Source: an uncultured bacterium
Lineage (GTDB): Bacteria > Hydrogenedentota > Hydrogenedentia > Hydrogenedentales > JAEUWI01
Length of the DNA stretch: 46,301 bases
Reading direction: 5' to 3'
Assembly: GCA_963977445.1 (NCBI GenBank)
Contig: CAXBPH010000013.1
Span: 1-46,301, forward strand
Below are positions 37,928-46,301 of this stretch, in pieces. Positions within the stretch are counted from its first letter, which is position 1; every line of letters begins with the position of its first letter. The notes under the pieces were generated by a model that had not been told where the DNA came from, did not search any database, and saw nothing but the letters and a program-made list of their open reading frames with translations. The translations under genes and the position numbers were made by a program.

Positions 37928-40643
37928 TCGCCTCTTTCTGGTCGACGGTATGGCCTATGCCTTCCGCGCCTACTACGCCATTCGTGCCGCCTTAACCGAC
38001 ACGGAGGGCAACCCCACCAATGCCCTCTATGGTTTCACCCGCATCCTCCTCAAGCTGGTTCGCGAGCAGGAACCCAGTCATCTGGTTGTCGTCTTTGATG
38101 CACCCGGAAAAACATTTCGCGATGAGATGTTTGCGGACTACAAAGGAACCCGCAAAGAAACACCCCACGATCTCAAGTCTCAGTTTCCCATGATGCATGA
38201 CATGGTGCGGGCGTTGAATATACCCCTGCTCGTCATACCCGGCGTAGAAGCCGACGATGTCATTGGCACCCTGGCCCTACAGGCCGAGGCCGAGGGCATG
38301 GATGCAATCATCGTCACGGGCGACAAAGATCTTCAACAGATGGTCACCGAGCATATTCGTGTCTTTGACCCGTCCAAGGGCGACAAGGGTCAATGGTATG
38401 ACGCTGCCGAAGTTCGCGAGCGATTCGGCGTTGGCCCGGAAAACGTCGTCGATGCCCTCGCCCTTATCGGCGACGCAGCGGACAACGTTCCTGGCGTCCG
38501 GGGCATTGGCGACAAGACGGCCAAGAAGCTATTGGAGAAATACACCTCTCTTGAAGGCCTCTACGCCCACACCGATGAGCTCAAAGGAAAACAGAAGGAG
38601 CGCATCATTGAAGACAAAGAGCAGGCCTTTTTCAGCCGTGAACTTGTAAAAATTAAAACCGATGTGCCCCTGGAAATCGGCCCCCATGATTGTGTACGAA
38701 AAGATTTTGAAGAAGCCGACCTCGCGACCGCGCTCACCCGTTTTGCGTTTCACAGTTTGCTGGAGGAGCTCGTACCCACAAACGTAGCACCTGAGGTCAC
38801 TACCTGCCGCTATGAACTCGTGCTGGATGAAGCCGCCCTCGGCGAAATGATCGCGCGGATGGAGAAGTCCGGCTCCTTCGCGGTCGACACGGAGACCACG
38901 TCTACCGATTCCATGGTGGCCGAGCTTGTGGGTATCTCGTGCTGTTGCGACGACGAGGTGGCCTACTATATCCCGGTAGCCCACACGACGGAATCCATGA
39001 CCTTCATGGAAAACCCGGACGACCTCACCACCTATGTGCAACTGTCCCCCATTGAAGCACCACGGCTGAAAACGTTGCTCCGCCCCCTCTTTGCCAACGA
39101 AGCCATCGGCAAGGTGGGACACAATATTAAGTACGATATGATCGTCCTCGAGCGGGCCGGAATTCCCCTGGCCGGAATCACGATGGACACGATGCTTGCG
39201 TCGTACTTGACAGATCCCTCTCAATTGAGGCACAATCTAGATGAAGTTAGCCTTCAATACCTCCGACGGAAACTCATCCCCATTACTGATGTGATCGGGA
39301 AAGGGTCTAAAGCCGTCACCTTTAATCACGTTCCCATCCACGCCGCTTGCACATATGCAGCGGAAGACGCAGACGTCACGTGGCAACTTCACACGATTTT
39401 CCGGGAACGTTTGAAGGATAGCGAACTTGAATCCTTATTCTCCGACGTAGAGCTTCCCCTGGCCCACGTGCTGGCACGCATGGAACAAGCCGGCATCGCG
39501 GTGGACCTTTCCGTCTTCAATACCCTTCACACGGAAATTGAAGTACGCTTGGGCGAGCTCACGACGGAAATCTTCACACTGGCCGGGGAGCCGTTCAAGA
39601 TCAATTCACCCAAGCAATTGCAGGGTATTCTATTTGATAAACTTGGACTAAAGCCGGTTCGAAAAACTAAAACGGGCTACTCAACCGATGAACGCGTTCT
39701 GGAGCAGCTAACCCACGATCATCCACTTCCCGAAAAAATTCTGGAATACCGGATGTTGGAAAAACTGCGAGGCACTTATGTAGATGCCTTGCCGAGGTTA
39801 ATCCACCCCGATACCGGTAAAATTCACACGTCATACAATCAGGCGGTCGCAGCGACAGGACGCCTATCCAGCAGTGACCCCAACCTACAAAACATTCCAA
39901 TTCGCAATGTATTTGGGAAGCGAATTCGAGAAGCCTTCATTCCGAGCCACCCCGACTTTCGGTTAATCTCGGCTGACTATTCACAAATTGAATTACGTGT
40001 TCTGGCACACCTTTCCGGTGATGCCCATCTCATTGAAGCCTTTCAGGGTGATGCCGATATCCATACGGAAACGGCCGCCCGGGTCTTCGGTGCAGCACGC
40101 GACGACGTCACTCCCGATATGCGACGTCGGGCCAAAGCAGTTAACTTTGGTGTCGTGTATGGGATTAGCGCGTTTGGGCTCGCCAGAAACCTCGGTATAA
40201 GCAATGCAGAAGCAAGTCGCTTTATCGAGGGTTACTTCGCCCAATACCCAGGAATCCAGACGTGGCTCGACAGCACAATGGAACAGGCACGGAAATTGGG
40301 CTATGTAACAACACTGTTGAACCGGAGACGTTATGTGCCCGATATAAACAGTGGCAATGCCAATGTACGGCGAGCTGGGGAGCGCGTCGCAATTAATACC
40401 CCGGTGCAAGGGAGTGCCGCTGACATAATCAAGCTCGCCATGATCAAACTGGACGACGCTCTTCGCGACCAAAAAGCGCAACTCCTGTTGCAGGTTCACG
40501 ATGAACTTGTCGTAGAAGCGCCGGAAGACGCCGTAGATCAGGTTTCGAAGCAAATGCAGGAAATTATGGAAAACATTGTTACGCTCAACGTCCCGCTCAA
40601 GGTTGATGTAGGCGTTGGGAATAACTGGGCAGAAATTCATTAA
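37920..40643 (+). CDS. polA: DNA polymerase I
   Basis: 5'-3' exonuclease (LVDG, EADDV, GIGDKTA), 3'-5' exonuclease (VDTET, YAAEDA) and polymerase motifs DYSQIELR, KAVNFG and QVHDE. Confidence 0.98.
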   Translation: MRDRLFLVDGMAYAFRAYYAIRAALTDTEGNPTNALYGFTRILLKLVREQEPSHLVVVFDAPGKTFRDEMFADYKGTRKETPHDLKSQFPMMHDMVRALNIPLLVIPGVEADDVIGTLALQAEAEGMDAIIVTGDKDLQQMVTEHIRVFDPSKGDKGQWYDAAEVRERFGVGPENVVDALALIGDAADNVPGVRGIGDKTAKKLLEKYTSLEGLYAHTDELKGKQKERIIEDKEQAFFSRELVKIKTDVPLEIGPHDCVRKDFEEADLATALTRFAFHSLLEELVPTNVAPEVTTCRYELVLDEAALGEMIARMEKSGSFAVDTETTSTDSMVAELVGISCCCDDEVAYYIPVAHTTESMTFMENPDDLTTYVQLSPIEAPRLKTLLRPLFANEAIGKVGHNIKYDMIVLERAGIPLAGITMDTMLASYLTDPSQLRHNLDEVSLQYLRRKLIPITDVIGKGSKAVTFNHVPIHAACTYAAEDADVTWQLHTIFRERLKDSELESLFSDVELPLAHVLARMEQAGIAVDLSVFNTLHTEIEVRLGELTTEIFTLAGEPFKINSPKQLQGILFDKLGLKPVRKTKTGYSTDERVLEQLTHDHPLPEKILEYRMLEKLRGTYVDALPRLIHPDTGKIHTSYNQAVAATGRLSSSDPNLQNIPIRNVFGKRIREAFIPSHPDFRLISADYSQIELRVLAHLSGDAHLIEAFQGDADIHTETAARVFGAARDDVTPDMRRRAKAVNFGVVYGISAFGLARNLGISNAEASRFIEGYFAQYPGIQTWLDSTMEQARKLGYVTTLLNRRRYVPDINSGNANVRRAGERVAINTPVQGSAADIIKLAMIKLDDALRDQKAQLLLQVHDELVVEAPEDAVDQVSKQMQEIMENIVTLNVPLKVDVGVGNNWAEIH

Positions 40644-40739
40644 GTAGCAATCATCGTAGCGGAGCATTGGCGTTCCTGTTCTCCCTACTAACTCCGCTGT
40701 GGATTCTCCACGACGACAGGAACAGCGAAAGGAATCAGC

Positions 40740-42242
40740 ATGGCAGAAAGAACCGCCACCGAACGTGGCCAGGGGCGTCCTAAGGGCAAGGGGCGCAGCC
40801 CGAAGCGCAATCCGAATGCGACCAGTACGAACAGACCGCAACAAGGCAGCGCAAACAGCAACGGCAACAACAACAACCGTCCTCGGAGAAATTCCGGTGG
40901 CGGTGGACGCCCCCAACAGCGCCGCAATGGACCACCCGCCGTATTGGATGTGGCCAATGAAGTCATCCCCGATAGCGTGGACGGGCCGGAATTAAATATT
41001 ACCGACCTGAAGGCCATGACAATGCCCCAGCTCAACGTGGCCGCCCAAGAGCTCGGTATCGAAGAGTACGGTGGCCTCAAGAAGCAGGACCTTATTTTTA
41101 CCGTCCTCCAGCGCAGCATTGAAAAGGCCGGCTCCATTTTTGGCGAAGGCACCTTGGAAATCCTGCCCGATGGCTTTGGCTTTCTACGCTCCCCCGATTA
41201 CTCCTACCTGCCCGGCCCCGACGACATTTACGTCTCCCCCTCGCAGATTCGGAAATTCGCCCTGCGTACCGGTGACAATATCACGGGTCACGTCCGCTCC
41301 CCCAAAGAAGGTGAACGTTACTTCGCCCTCCTCAAGGTGGAATCGGTCAACAACGAGTCCCCCGAAGTCGCCCACAAGCGCATCATCTTCGATAGTCTTA
41401 CGCCCATCCACCCCGATGAGCGCTTTATCCTCGAAGTGGGTCAAAATGAGATCGGCATGCGTATCATGGATCTCATCTCCCCCATCGGTAAGGGACAACG
41501 TGGCCTCATCGTCGCGGCACCCTTTACCGGTAAGACGGTGTTGTTGCAGAAAATCGCCAACAGCATCACCACCAACCATCCGGAAGCCACGGTCATCGTG
41601 TTGCTCATCGACGAGCGCCCCGAAGAAGTGACCGACATGCAACGCTCCGTCAAGGGCGAGGTTATTGCCTCCACCTTCGACGAGCCGCCCGAACGGCATG
41701 TCCAGGTAGCCGAGATGGTGCTCAACAAGGCCCGTCGCCTCGTCGAACATAAGAAAGACGTGGTTATCCTCCTGGACTCCATCACCCGCCTGGCGCGCGC
41801 CTACAATATCCTCGTGCCCAGCAGTGGTAAGGTCCTCTCCGGTGGTGTCGACGCCAATGCCCTGCAACGCCCCAAGCGTTTCTTCGGTGCGGCACGAAAC
41901 ATCGAGGAAGGTGGCAGTCTCACCATCCTGGCGACCGCCCTGGTAGAAACCGGCAGCCGCATGGATGACGTTATCTTTGAAGAATTCAAAGGTACGGGTA
42001 ACATGGAATTGCACCTGGACCGTCGTCTGATGGAGAAGCGTGTCTTCCCCGCCATCGACGTCAACCGCTCCCGGACCCGTCAGGAAGAGCGCCTCGTTGC
42101 TCCCGAAGACCTGCAGCGCGTATGGCTCCTCCTCCGCGTCCTCAGCGACCGCGAACTCCAGGAAGCCTCCGAATTGCTCATCGAGAAACTCAAGAAGACC
42201 AAGACCAACGCCGAGTTCCTCAACAAAATGCAGAAGATGTAG
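40740..42242 (+). CDS. rho: Transcription termination factor Rho with a low-complexity N-terminal extension
   Basis: [39 protein letters not shown] and FKGTGN motifs. Confidence 0.98.
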   Translation: MAERTATERGQGRPKGKGRSPKRNPNATSTNRPQQGSANSNGNNNNRPRRNSGGGGRPQQRRNGPPAVLDVANEVIPDSVDGPELNITDLKAMTMPQLNVAAQELGIEEYGGLKKQDLIFTVLQRSIEKAGSIFGEGTLEILPDGFGFLRSPDYSYLPGPDDIYVSPSQIRKFALRTGDNITGHVRSPKEGERYFALLKVESVNNESPEVAHKRIIFDSLTPIHPDERFILEVGQNEIGMRIMDLISPIGKGQRGLIVAAPFTGKTVLLQKIANSITTNHPEATVIVLLIDERPEEVTDMQRSVKGEVIASTFDEPPERHVQVAEMVLNKARRLVEHKKDVVILLDSITRLARAYNILVPSSGKVLSGGVDANALQRPKRFFGAARNIEEGGSLTILATALVETGSRMDDVIFEEFKGTGNMELHLDRRLMEKRVFPAIDVNRSRTRQEERLVAPEDLQRVWLLLRVLSDRELQEASELLIEKLKKTKTNAEFLNKMQKM

Positions 42243-42260
42243 TATCCAGTCAGCACACCA

Positions 42261-42293
42261 AGGCCGCCCGATAACATCGGGCGGTCTTTTTTT
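42261..42293 (+). terminator. Intrinsic terminator after rho
   Basis: AGGCCGCCCGAT-AAC-ATCGGGCGGTCT followed by a T run. Confidence 0.88.
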
Positions 42294-42454
42294 ATGTCAT
42301 CGACAGGCAGGTAATACGAATATAAAAGAACAACCTTGACAAGACTCACCCGCCCGGACACATACTACAATGGCAATGGAGAGCATCGTGGTGCCTGGGT
42401 CCTTTCTTCCTGTAAGAAATTTCGCCGAGCCCTGCATATCATGGGAGTGGAGCA

Positions 42455-43966
42455 GTGGCTTTCAAACACGTTCTGGTATTCCTGTTAACCTGGGCCCTCG
42501 CATCGACGGCAATGGCTGAATTACAGTCGGTTGAGGTGGGCGGCTCTATTCGCATCCGTGGTCGCCATTGGGACAACAATTACAGCCGCAGCTTTATCGG
42601 AACCGGAACGCCCCGCTACGTTGGTTATAATTTCGCGGCCCGCCCCCTGGGGCCCTTTGGCCTCCTGAGTCGATTTGATTTTGACAGCCGTGGAGAAGAC
42701 TTCACTTTCGTTGAACAGAATACCCGACTTTATGTGAAAGCGGACTTTAGCGACGACGTCGGTAGCTTCGTGGAATTTGAGAGCTTTGGAACGTGGGGAT
42801 CAGATTTTCGAAGCAACTACATTACCGGCCAGGACGGCACCGACGCGCCGGATCTGAAACTCTACCAGGCCTATATTGAAACGCGAAATACCGTTGGCCT
42901 GCCCCTTCGTGCCCGTGTGGGGCGCCAGGAAATGAAATTGGGTAAGGGTTGGCTGGTGGGTGACAGCATCACGCCCGCCCTGGGCTTTGTTTTCGACGGC
43001 ATCCGCCTGACCTATCAACAAAATGACTTGACGATTGATGCCTGGTCACACAAACTCGCCGAGAACAATGCGGGTGACAATGATGTGGACTTCTATGGCC
43101 TCTACGGCACCTACAGTGGACTCGAAAACCTGAGCGTTTCCGCCTGGTGGATGCTCGTGCGCGACGGGGCCACGGCCACCGACACCACCCTGGGCCCCGG
43201 AGCCGAATGGCTTGAATCCTATCTCGGCCGGGACGATTATGACCCGACCTACCTCAACACCGTGGGGCTTCGTTTCTGGGGGAACCTTGGTGCCTTTGAT
43301 TACGACTGGGAGTTGGCCTATCAGTTCGGCGACGCCGACAGCGTGGGTGCTCTGTTCCGCCCCCTCACCTACGGGGACAACGACGCCGAATTTGATGCCT
43401 TTGGAACAGACCTGATCCTGGGCTATACCTTGGATAGGACATGGCAGCCCCGTATCTACGTGGGTGGGGCCTACTACGAGGGCGAAGACAATCGGGACTT
43501 CCGCTGGGGAGACCGCCTGTTTGGAGGGCTCCGGGGCACGGAATCGAGTATTTCATTTAACCGACTCTTCAGCGATTATGGCTACGGCCTGCTTCTCGAT
43601 ATTAACTCCGAACTGTCCAACTTCTGGCAGTTTCGCGCGGGCGTAGATGTGAAACCCACAGAGAAGATTTCCGGGGGCCTCCGGGTGGCCTACTACGAAA
43701 GTGTGGCCCCCTTCGACACGCCCGTAATTCCCGGCCTCGCCCCCTGGACCCGGGAAAATGATGACAGCCTCGGCTGGACGACTTTCCTCTGGTCAAAGTA
43801 CCAATACTCCCCCGATTTATCGATCGCCGTAATCTGGGAGCACTTGTTCACCGGAGACGGCCTGGCCCAGGGCAACTTCTTCTCCCGTAACGCCCTGGAA
43901 TTCACCGGTGGCACCGATAATGAAGACGCGAACTACCTGCACTTCAACATTTACATCAAGTTTTAA
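42455..43966 (+). CDS. Alginate export (AlgE-like) outer-membrane beta-barrel protein
   Basis: Signal peptide; GGSIRIR, LYQAYI, RVGRQE and FDGIR motifs; amphipathic strands; C-terminal Phe. Confidence 0.8.
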   Translation: MAFKHVLVFLLTWALASTAMAELQSVEVGGSIRIRGRHWDNNYSRSFIGTGTPRYVGYNFAARPLGPFGLLSRFDFDSRGEDFTFVEQNTRLYVKADFSDDVGSFVEFESFGTWGSDFRSNYITGQDGTDAPDLKLYQAYIETRNTVGLPLRARVGRQEMKLGKGWLVGDSITPALGFVFDGIRLTYQQNDLTIDAWSHKLAENNAGDNDVDFYGLYGTYSGLENLSVSAWWMLVRDGATATDTTLGPGAEWLESYLGRDDYDPTYLNTVGLRFWGNLGAFDYDWELAYQFGDADSVGALFRPLTYGDNDAEFDAFGTDLILGYTLDRTWQPRIYVGGAYYEGEDNRDFRWGDRLFGGLRGTESSISFNRLFSDYGYGLLLDINSELSNFWQFRAGVDVKPTEKISGGLRVAYYESVAPFDTPVIPGLAPWTRENDDSLGWTTFLWSKYQYSPDLSIAVIWEHLFTGDGLAQGNFFSRNALEFTGGTDNEDANYLHFNIYIKF

Positions 43967-43974
43967 TGGAGCGC

Positions 43975-43999
43975 CCGGGGGAAACCAGGTTTCCCCCGG
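43975..43999. terminator. Hairpin between convergent genes
   Basis: CCGGGGGAAACC-A-GGTTTCCCCCGG perfect palindrome; no clear U-tract. Confidence 0.5.
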
Positions 44000-44016
44000 A
44001 CGTTTGGGTCGTAGCC

Positions 44017-44454
44017 CTATAAAATCTCGAAGATCGCCTCGACTTCAACGCCCACACCCGTGGGGAGCGATGCAAAACCCACGGCACTGCGGGCATGCCA
44101 CCCGTCGCCGTCTTTGCCGAAGATTTCGTGATACAAATCTGAGCAGCCATTGATTACCAAGTGCTGGTCGGTAAAATCCTGGGTCGAGTTCACGCAGCCA
44201 AACAACTTAATCACCCGAAGGCCGTCGAGCGTGCCATGGACCTGATGCACGGACTGCAGGATTTTCACGGCACACTCCCGGGCCGCGGCATAGCCCTGCT
44301 CCACCGTCAGGTCCGCACCCAATTTTCCCTTGATGTCGCTCGTATGGCCCGAGGTCATCAGCAGGTTGCCCGTTTTGATACAAAGATTCAGATAGCCCTT
44401 GGGCCCCTCAGGAAAGGTAATTCCCAATTCCTGGGCCGTATGTTCTGCACTCAT
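44017..44454 (-). CDS. RidA/YjgF family protein
   Basis: GKLGADLTVEQGYAAA, NGCSDL and HARSAVGFASLP...VEVE motifs; GAGG RBS. Confidence 0.9.
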   Translation of the reverse strand: MSAEHTAQELGITFPEGPKGYLNLCIKTGNLLMTSGHTSDIKGKLGADLTVEQGYAAARECAVKILQSVHQVHGTLDGLRVIKLFGCVNSTQDFTDQHLVINGCSDLYHEIFGKDGDGWHARSAVGFASLPTGVGVEVEAIFEIL

Positions 44455-44560
44455 GGTGTACTTCCTCATGGATTATGGTTAATAAGAGAACCGGTAGCAT
44501 ACCCAAGGGATTCCGCCCATGACAAGGGACTATAGAAATTCACAATAACTTCCGGGTTGG

Positions 44561-45088
44561 CTATACCTTCTTTTTCTCGAAGAAGTAGAACAAGCCGATG
44601 GTGCCGGCGCAAAACAGGGGGATAACGATCCAGTGTGAGATGCCCAGACTTTCCGGTATGGTAATCTTCCCGAAGTCTTTCCAGGCGAGCACGCTTTTTA
44701 ACATGAGCGGATAGGCTTCAGCATAAAGGGCCGCGCCAATCATCATGCCGATAACGGCAAAGATAGCGTGCCAGCGACCTTCGGCCACCGCTCCCACCGA
44801 GGTGCCGGGGCAATATCCCATGACCGCCCAACCCGCGCCGAAGAGCAGTCCGCCAATCACGACGCCGCCCACGTTCATAGACTTGGGACTCAACGTGATG
44901 ACCCCAAAATCGGAGAGGGCATACATGCCCACCAGCCCGACAAGGATGGCCGACATCATGAATTTAAGAATCGTCATATCCTTCAGCAGCATGGCGCCTA
45001 CCTGCTTCTCAAAGCGGAGCACCCGCCCTTTCTGCAGCAGAACACCAAAGAGGATACCGGCCACCAGGCCCAGGAATAGATCCATCAT
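44561..45088 (-). CDS. YeeE/YedE thiosulfate/sulfur transporter family protein
   Basis: GILFGVLLQKG and GGLLFGAGWAVMGYCPGT motifs. Confidence 0.9.
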   Translation of the reverse strand: MMDLFLGLVAGILFGVLLQKGRVLRFEKQVGAMLLKDMTILKFMMSAILVGLVGMYALSDFGVITLSPKSMNVGGVVIGGLLFGAGWAVMGYCPGTSVGAVAEGRWHAIFAVIGMMIGAALYAEAYPLMLKSVLAWKDFGKITIPESLGISHWIVIPLFCAGTIGLFYFFEKKKV

Positions 45089-45089
45089 G

Positions 45090-45626
45090 TCAGGACTCCT
45101 TATAGAAAAAGTGAGCAACAAAAACACCGGCACCGAAGAACATGGCCATGGCCACGAGGCCGCTCATGGACAATTGCATCAGTCCGCTGAGGCCGTGTCC
45201 ACTGGGACACCCGCCTGCCAGCCGTGCGCCAAACATGGCGACCACACCGCCCGCCAGCGCACCGAGAGCGCGCTTTCCTACGGAATTACCAAATCGTCGA
45301 CTCCAGGTCGGAGGGCAACTCTCCAGTTTGAAACTGGAGCCCGCGAGGGAGGAAACCAGGGCCCCGATGAAGATGCCGATGACAAAAAGAAACTGCCAGT
45401 CGACCTTCACCTTTTCCTTGATGTAATAGGCGTTTTCCGCCACATGGCCAGGTGCCACGGCGCATTCCAACAAGCCCACACCGCGAACGAAGGTGGTGGA
45501 TGCCCCCATATATTGGGTCTTGGACCCCCACCAGGTGGTTGCCAGTACCGACGCGATGGCGAGCAAACCCGCCAGCGCCCCGGCCATATAGGGGTTCCAC
45601 GCCCCGTCTTCTGTTTTCCATTTCAT
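45090..45626 (-). CDS. YeeE/YedE thiosulfate/sulfur transporter family protein
   Basis: WNPY.AG, DWQ and FGARLAGGCPSGHGLSG motifs; GGAG RBS. Confidence 0.9.
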   Translation of the reverse strand: MKWKTEDGAWNPYMAGALAGLLAIASVLATTWWGSKTQYMGASTTFVRGVGLLECAVAPGHVAENAYYIKEKVKVDWQFLFVIGIFIGALVSSLAGSSFKLESCPPTWSRRFGNSVGKRALGALAGGVVAMFGARLAGGCPSGHGLSGLMQLSMSGLVAMAMFFGAGVFVAHFFYKES

Positions 45627-45800
45627 AATCGTTCTCCTCTGGCGCACGTGGTGCCTTCGTGTAGGTGTTGACGGATTCGACGGCCCATCTTGAGTACGTG
45701 CCGCACGCGCTTTCCAACGTCAGATGCGGAAACAAATCCTTGAACAGGGGGCGTTCCCGCAGTGCCGCCCGAAATTGTGTGGGTCGAAAAGAAACACCAT

Positions 45801-45836
45801 ATATCGTATACTGACGATATTACAATCTAACGATAT
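45801..45836. promoter_or_regulatory. Palindromic operator-like site upstream of the YeeE pair
   Basis: ATATCGT-N6-ACGATAT perfect 7-6-7 inverted repeat, plus a further ACGATAT at 45830-45836. Confidence 0.55.
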
Positions 45837-46235
45837 AAATTGCCAACACGAATAACCAAAAAATGTAATTCGCCTTAGTCGACCGGAGCACTCTCCATGA
45901 AGTAGTCCTCCACAAATGAATCGTGAACGGATACCCGCCCCCCCCCCCCGGGGACTGCACCGACGTGGGCTCGTATTGAATACACGATGACTTCTTGGCC
46001 GAATCATAGCTGGTAATTACGAAAACAAACGCAATAGTCGGGGCCGTCCCGGGACGTACCGCCGCAACCGTGTTGCTGACCGCTCAGTCACGCCGGTAGT
46101 GCCAACGGGTGGGCGCTGGGCTCGGGCGGTTAACTACGGGCGGAGGCATGTCCCCGTGGGGAATCGGGGTGCCACGTGGCGCACTCACGGAGGAGTCGGC
46201 CGTTGACGGTTGAGCTTGGCCATAAATGGGCGTCG

Positions 46236-46301
46236 TTATTCGCCCTTTGCTTCCTGCTTTTCCAATGCGACCGTCCCTAGATCTATCTCAAATGGAGAAC
46301 C
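46236..46301 (-). CDS. 3' end of a hypothetical gene running off the window
   Basis: Minus strand reads GSPFEIDLGTVALEKQEAKGE-stop (TAA at 46236-46238); only 22 codons are visible. Confidence 0.35.
   Translation of the reverse strand, partial: GSPFEIDLGTVALEKQEAKGE

Noticed and set aside
37920..40643. Intein or intron in polA explaining the composition shift
   Set aside because: The protein is normal Pol I length (~907 aa) with contiguous motifs and no splice-junction residues or insertion.
45661..45710. tmRNA 5' end (GGATTCGACGG resembles the ssrA start)
   Set aside because: It lacks the 5' GGGG acceptor strand, and I found no T-arm/CCA 3' end or convincing tag reading frame downstream.

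Overview
A ~58% GC bacterial chromosomal window with mostly housekeeping and catabolic genes. The gene mix (PVC-type CxxCH heme protein, FG-GAP protein, FHA-sigma54 activator, GT-C proteins) suggests a PVC-like or Candidatus Hydrogenedentes-like organism; this is inference only. From left to right it holds: a partial PhyH dioxygenase, a DHDPS-family lyase, a secreted ceramidase-like protein, rmuC, and a sugar-acid operon (Nramp-like transporter and Zn-dehydrogenase, each frameshifted, plus an SDR). Next come a large heme-c protein, a sugar isomerase, an M32 carboxypeptidase, ArsC/Spx, an FG-GAP protein, two orphan membrane/lipoproteins, an enolase-superfamily enzyme and a TIGR02757-like protein. 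Then a three-gene GT-C glycosylation-like cluster, thiS-thiE, a minor-pseudopilin/GspK/GspF operon and an FHA-sigma54 activator. The right end carries lpxA-TPR-gnnA-like-lpxB-polA-rho, an alginate-export-type porin, RidA and two YeeE/YedE genes. I saw no rRNA, tRNA, CRISPR array, transposase, integrase or reverse transcriptase. The most unusual signals are: (1) several distinct families of short palindromic intergenic repeats, including a composite dRS3-like element with a dispersed inverted copy and an inverted 9-bp tandem array; (2) a complete enhancer/IHF/sigma54 promoter layout that points at what looks like a relic signal-peptide ORF; (3) a GspF/PilC with a histone-H1-like tail; (4) a codon/GC shift inside polA just upstream of a Rho with an Asn-rich disordered N-terminus; (5) a gnnA-like gene in the lipid A cluster. 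None of these is proven to be a new system.
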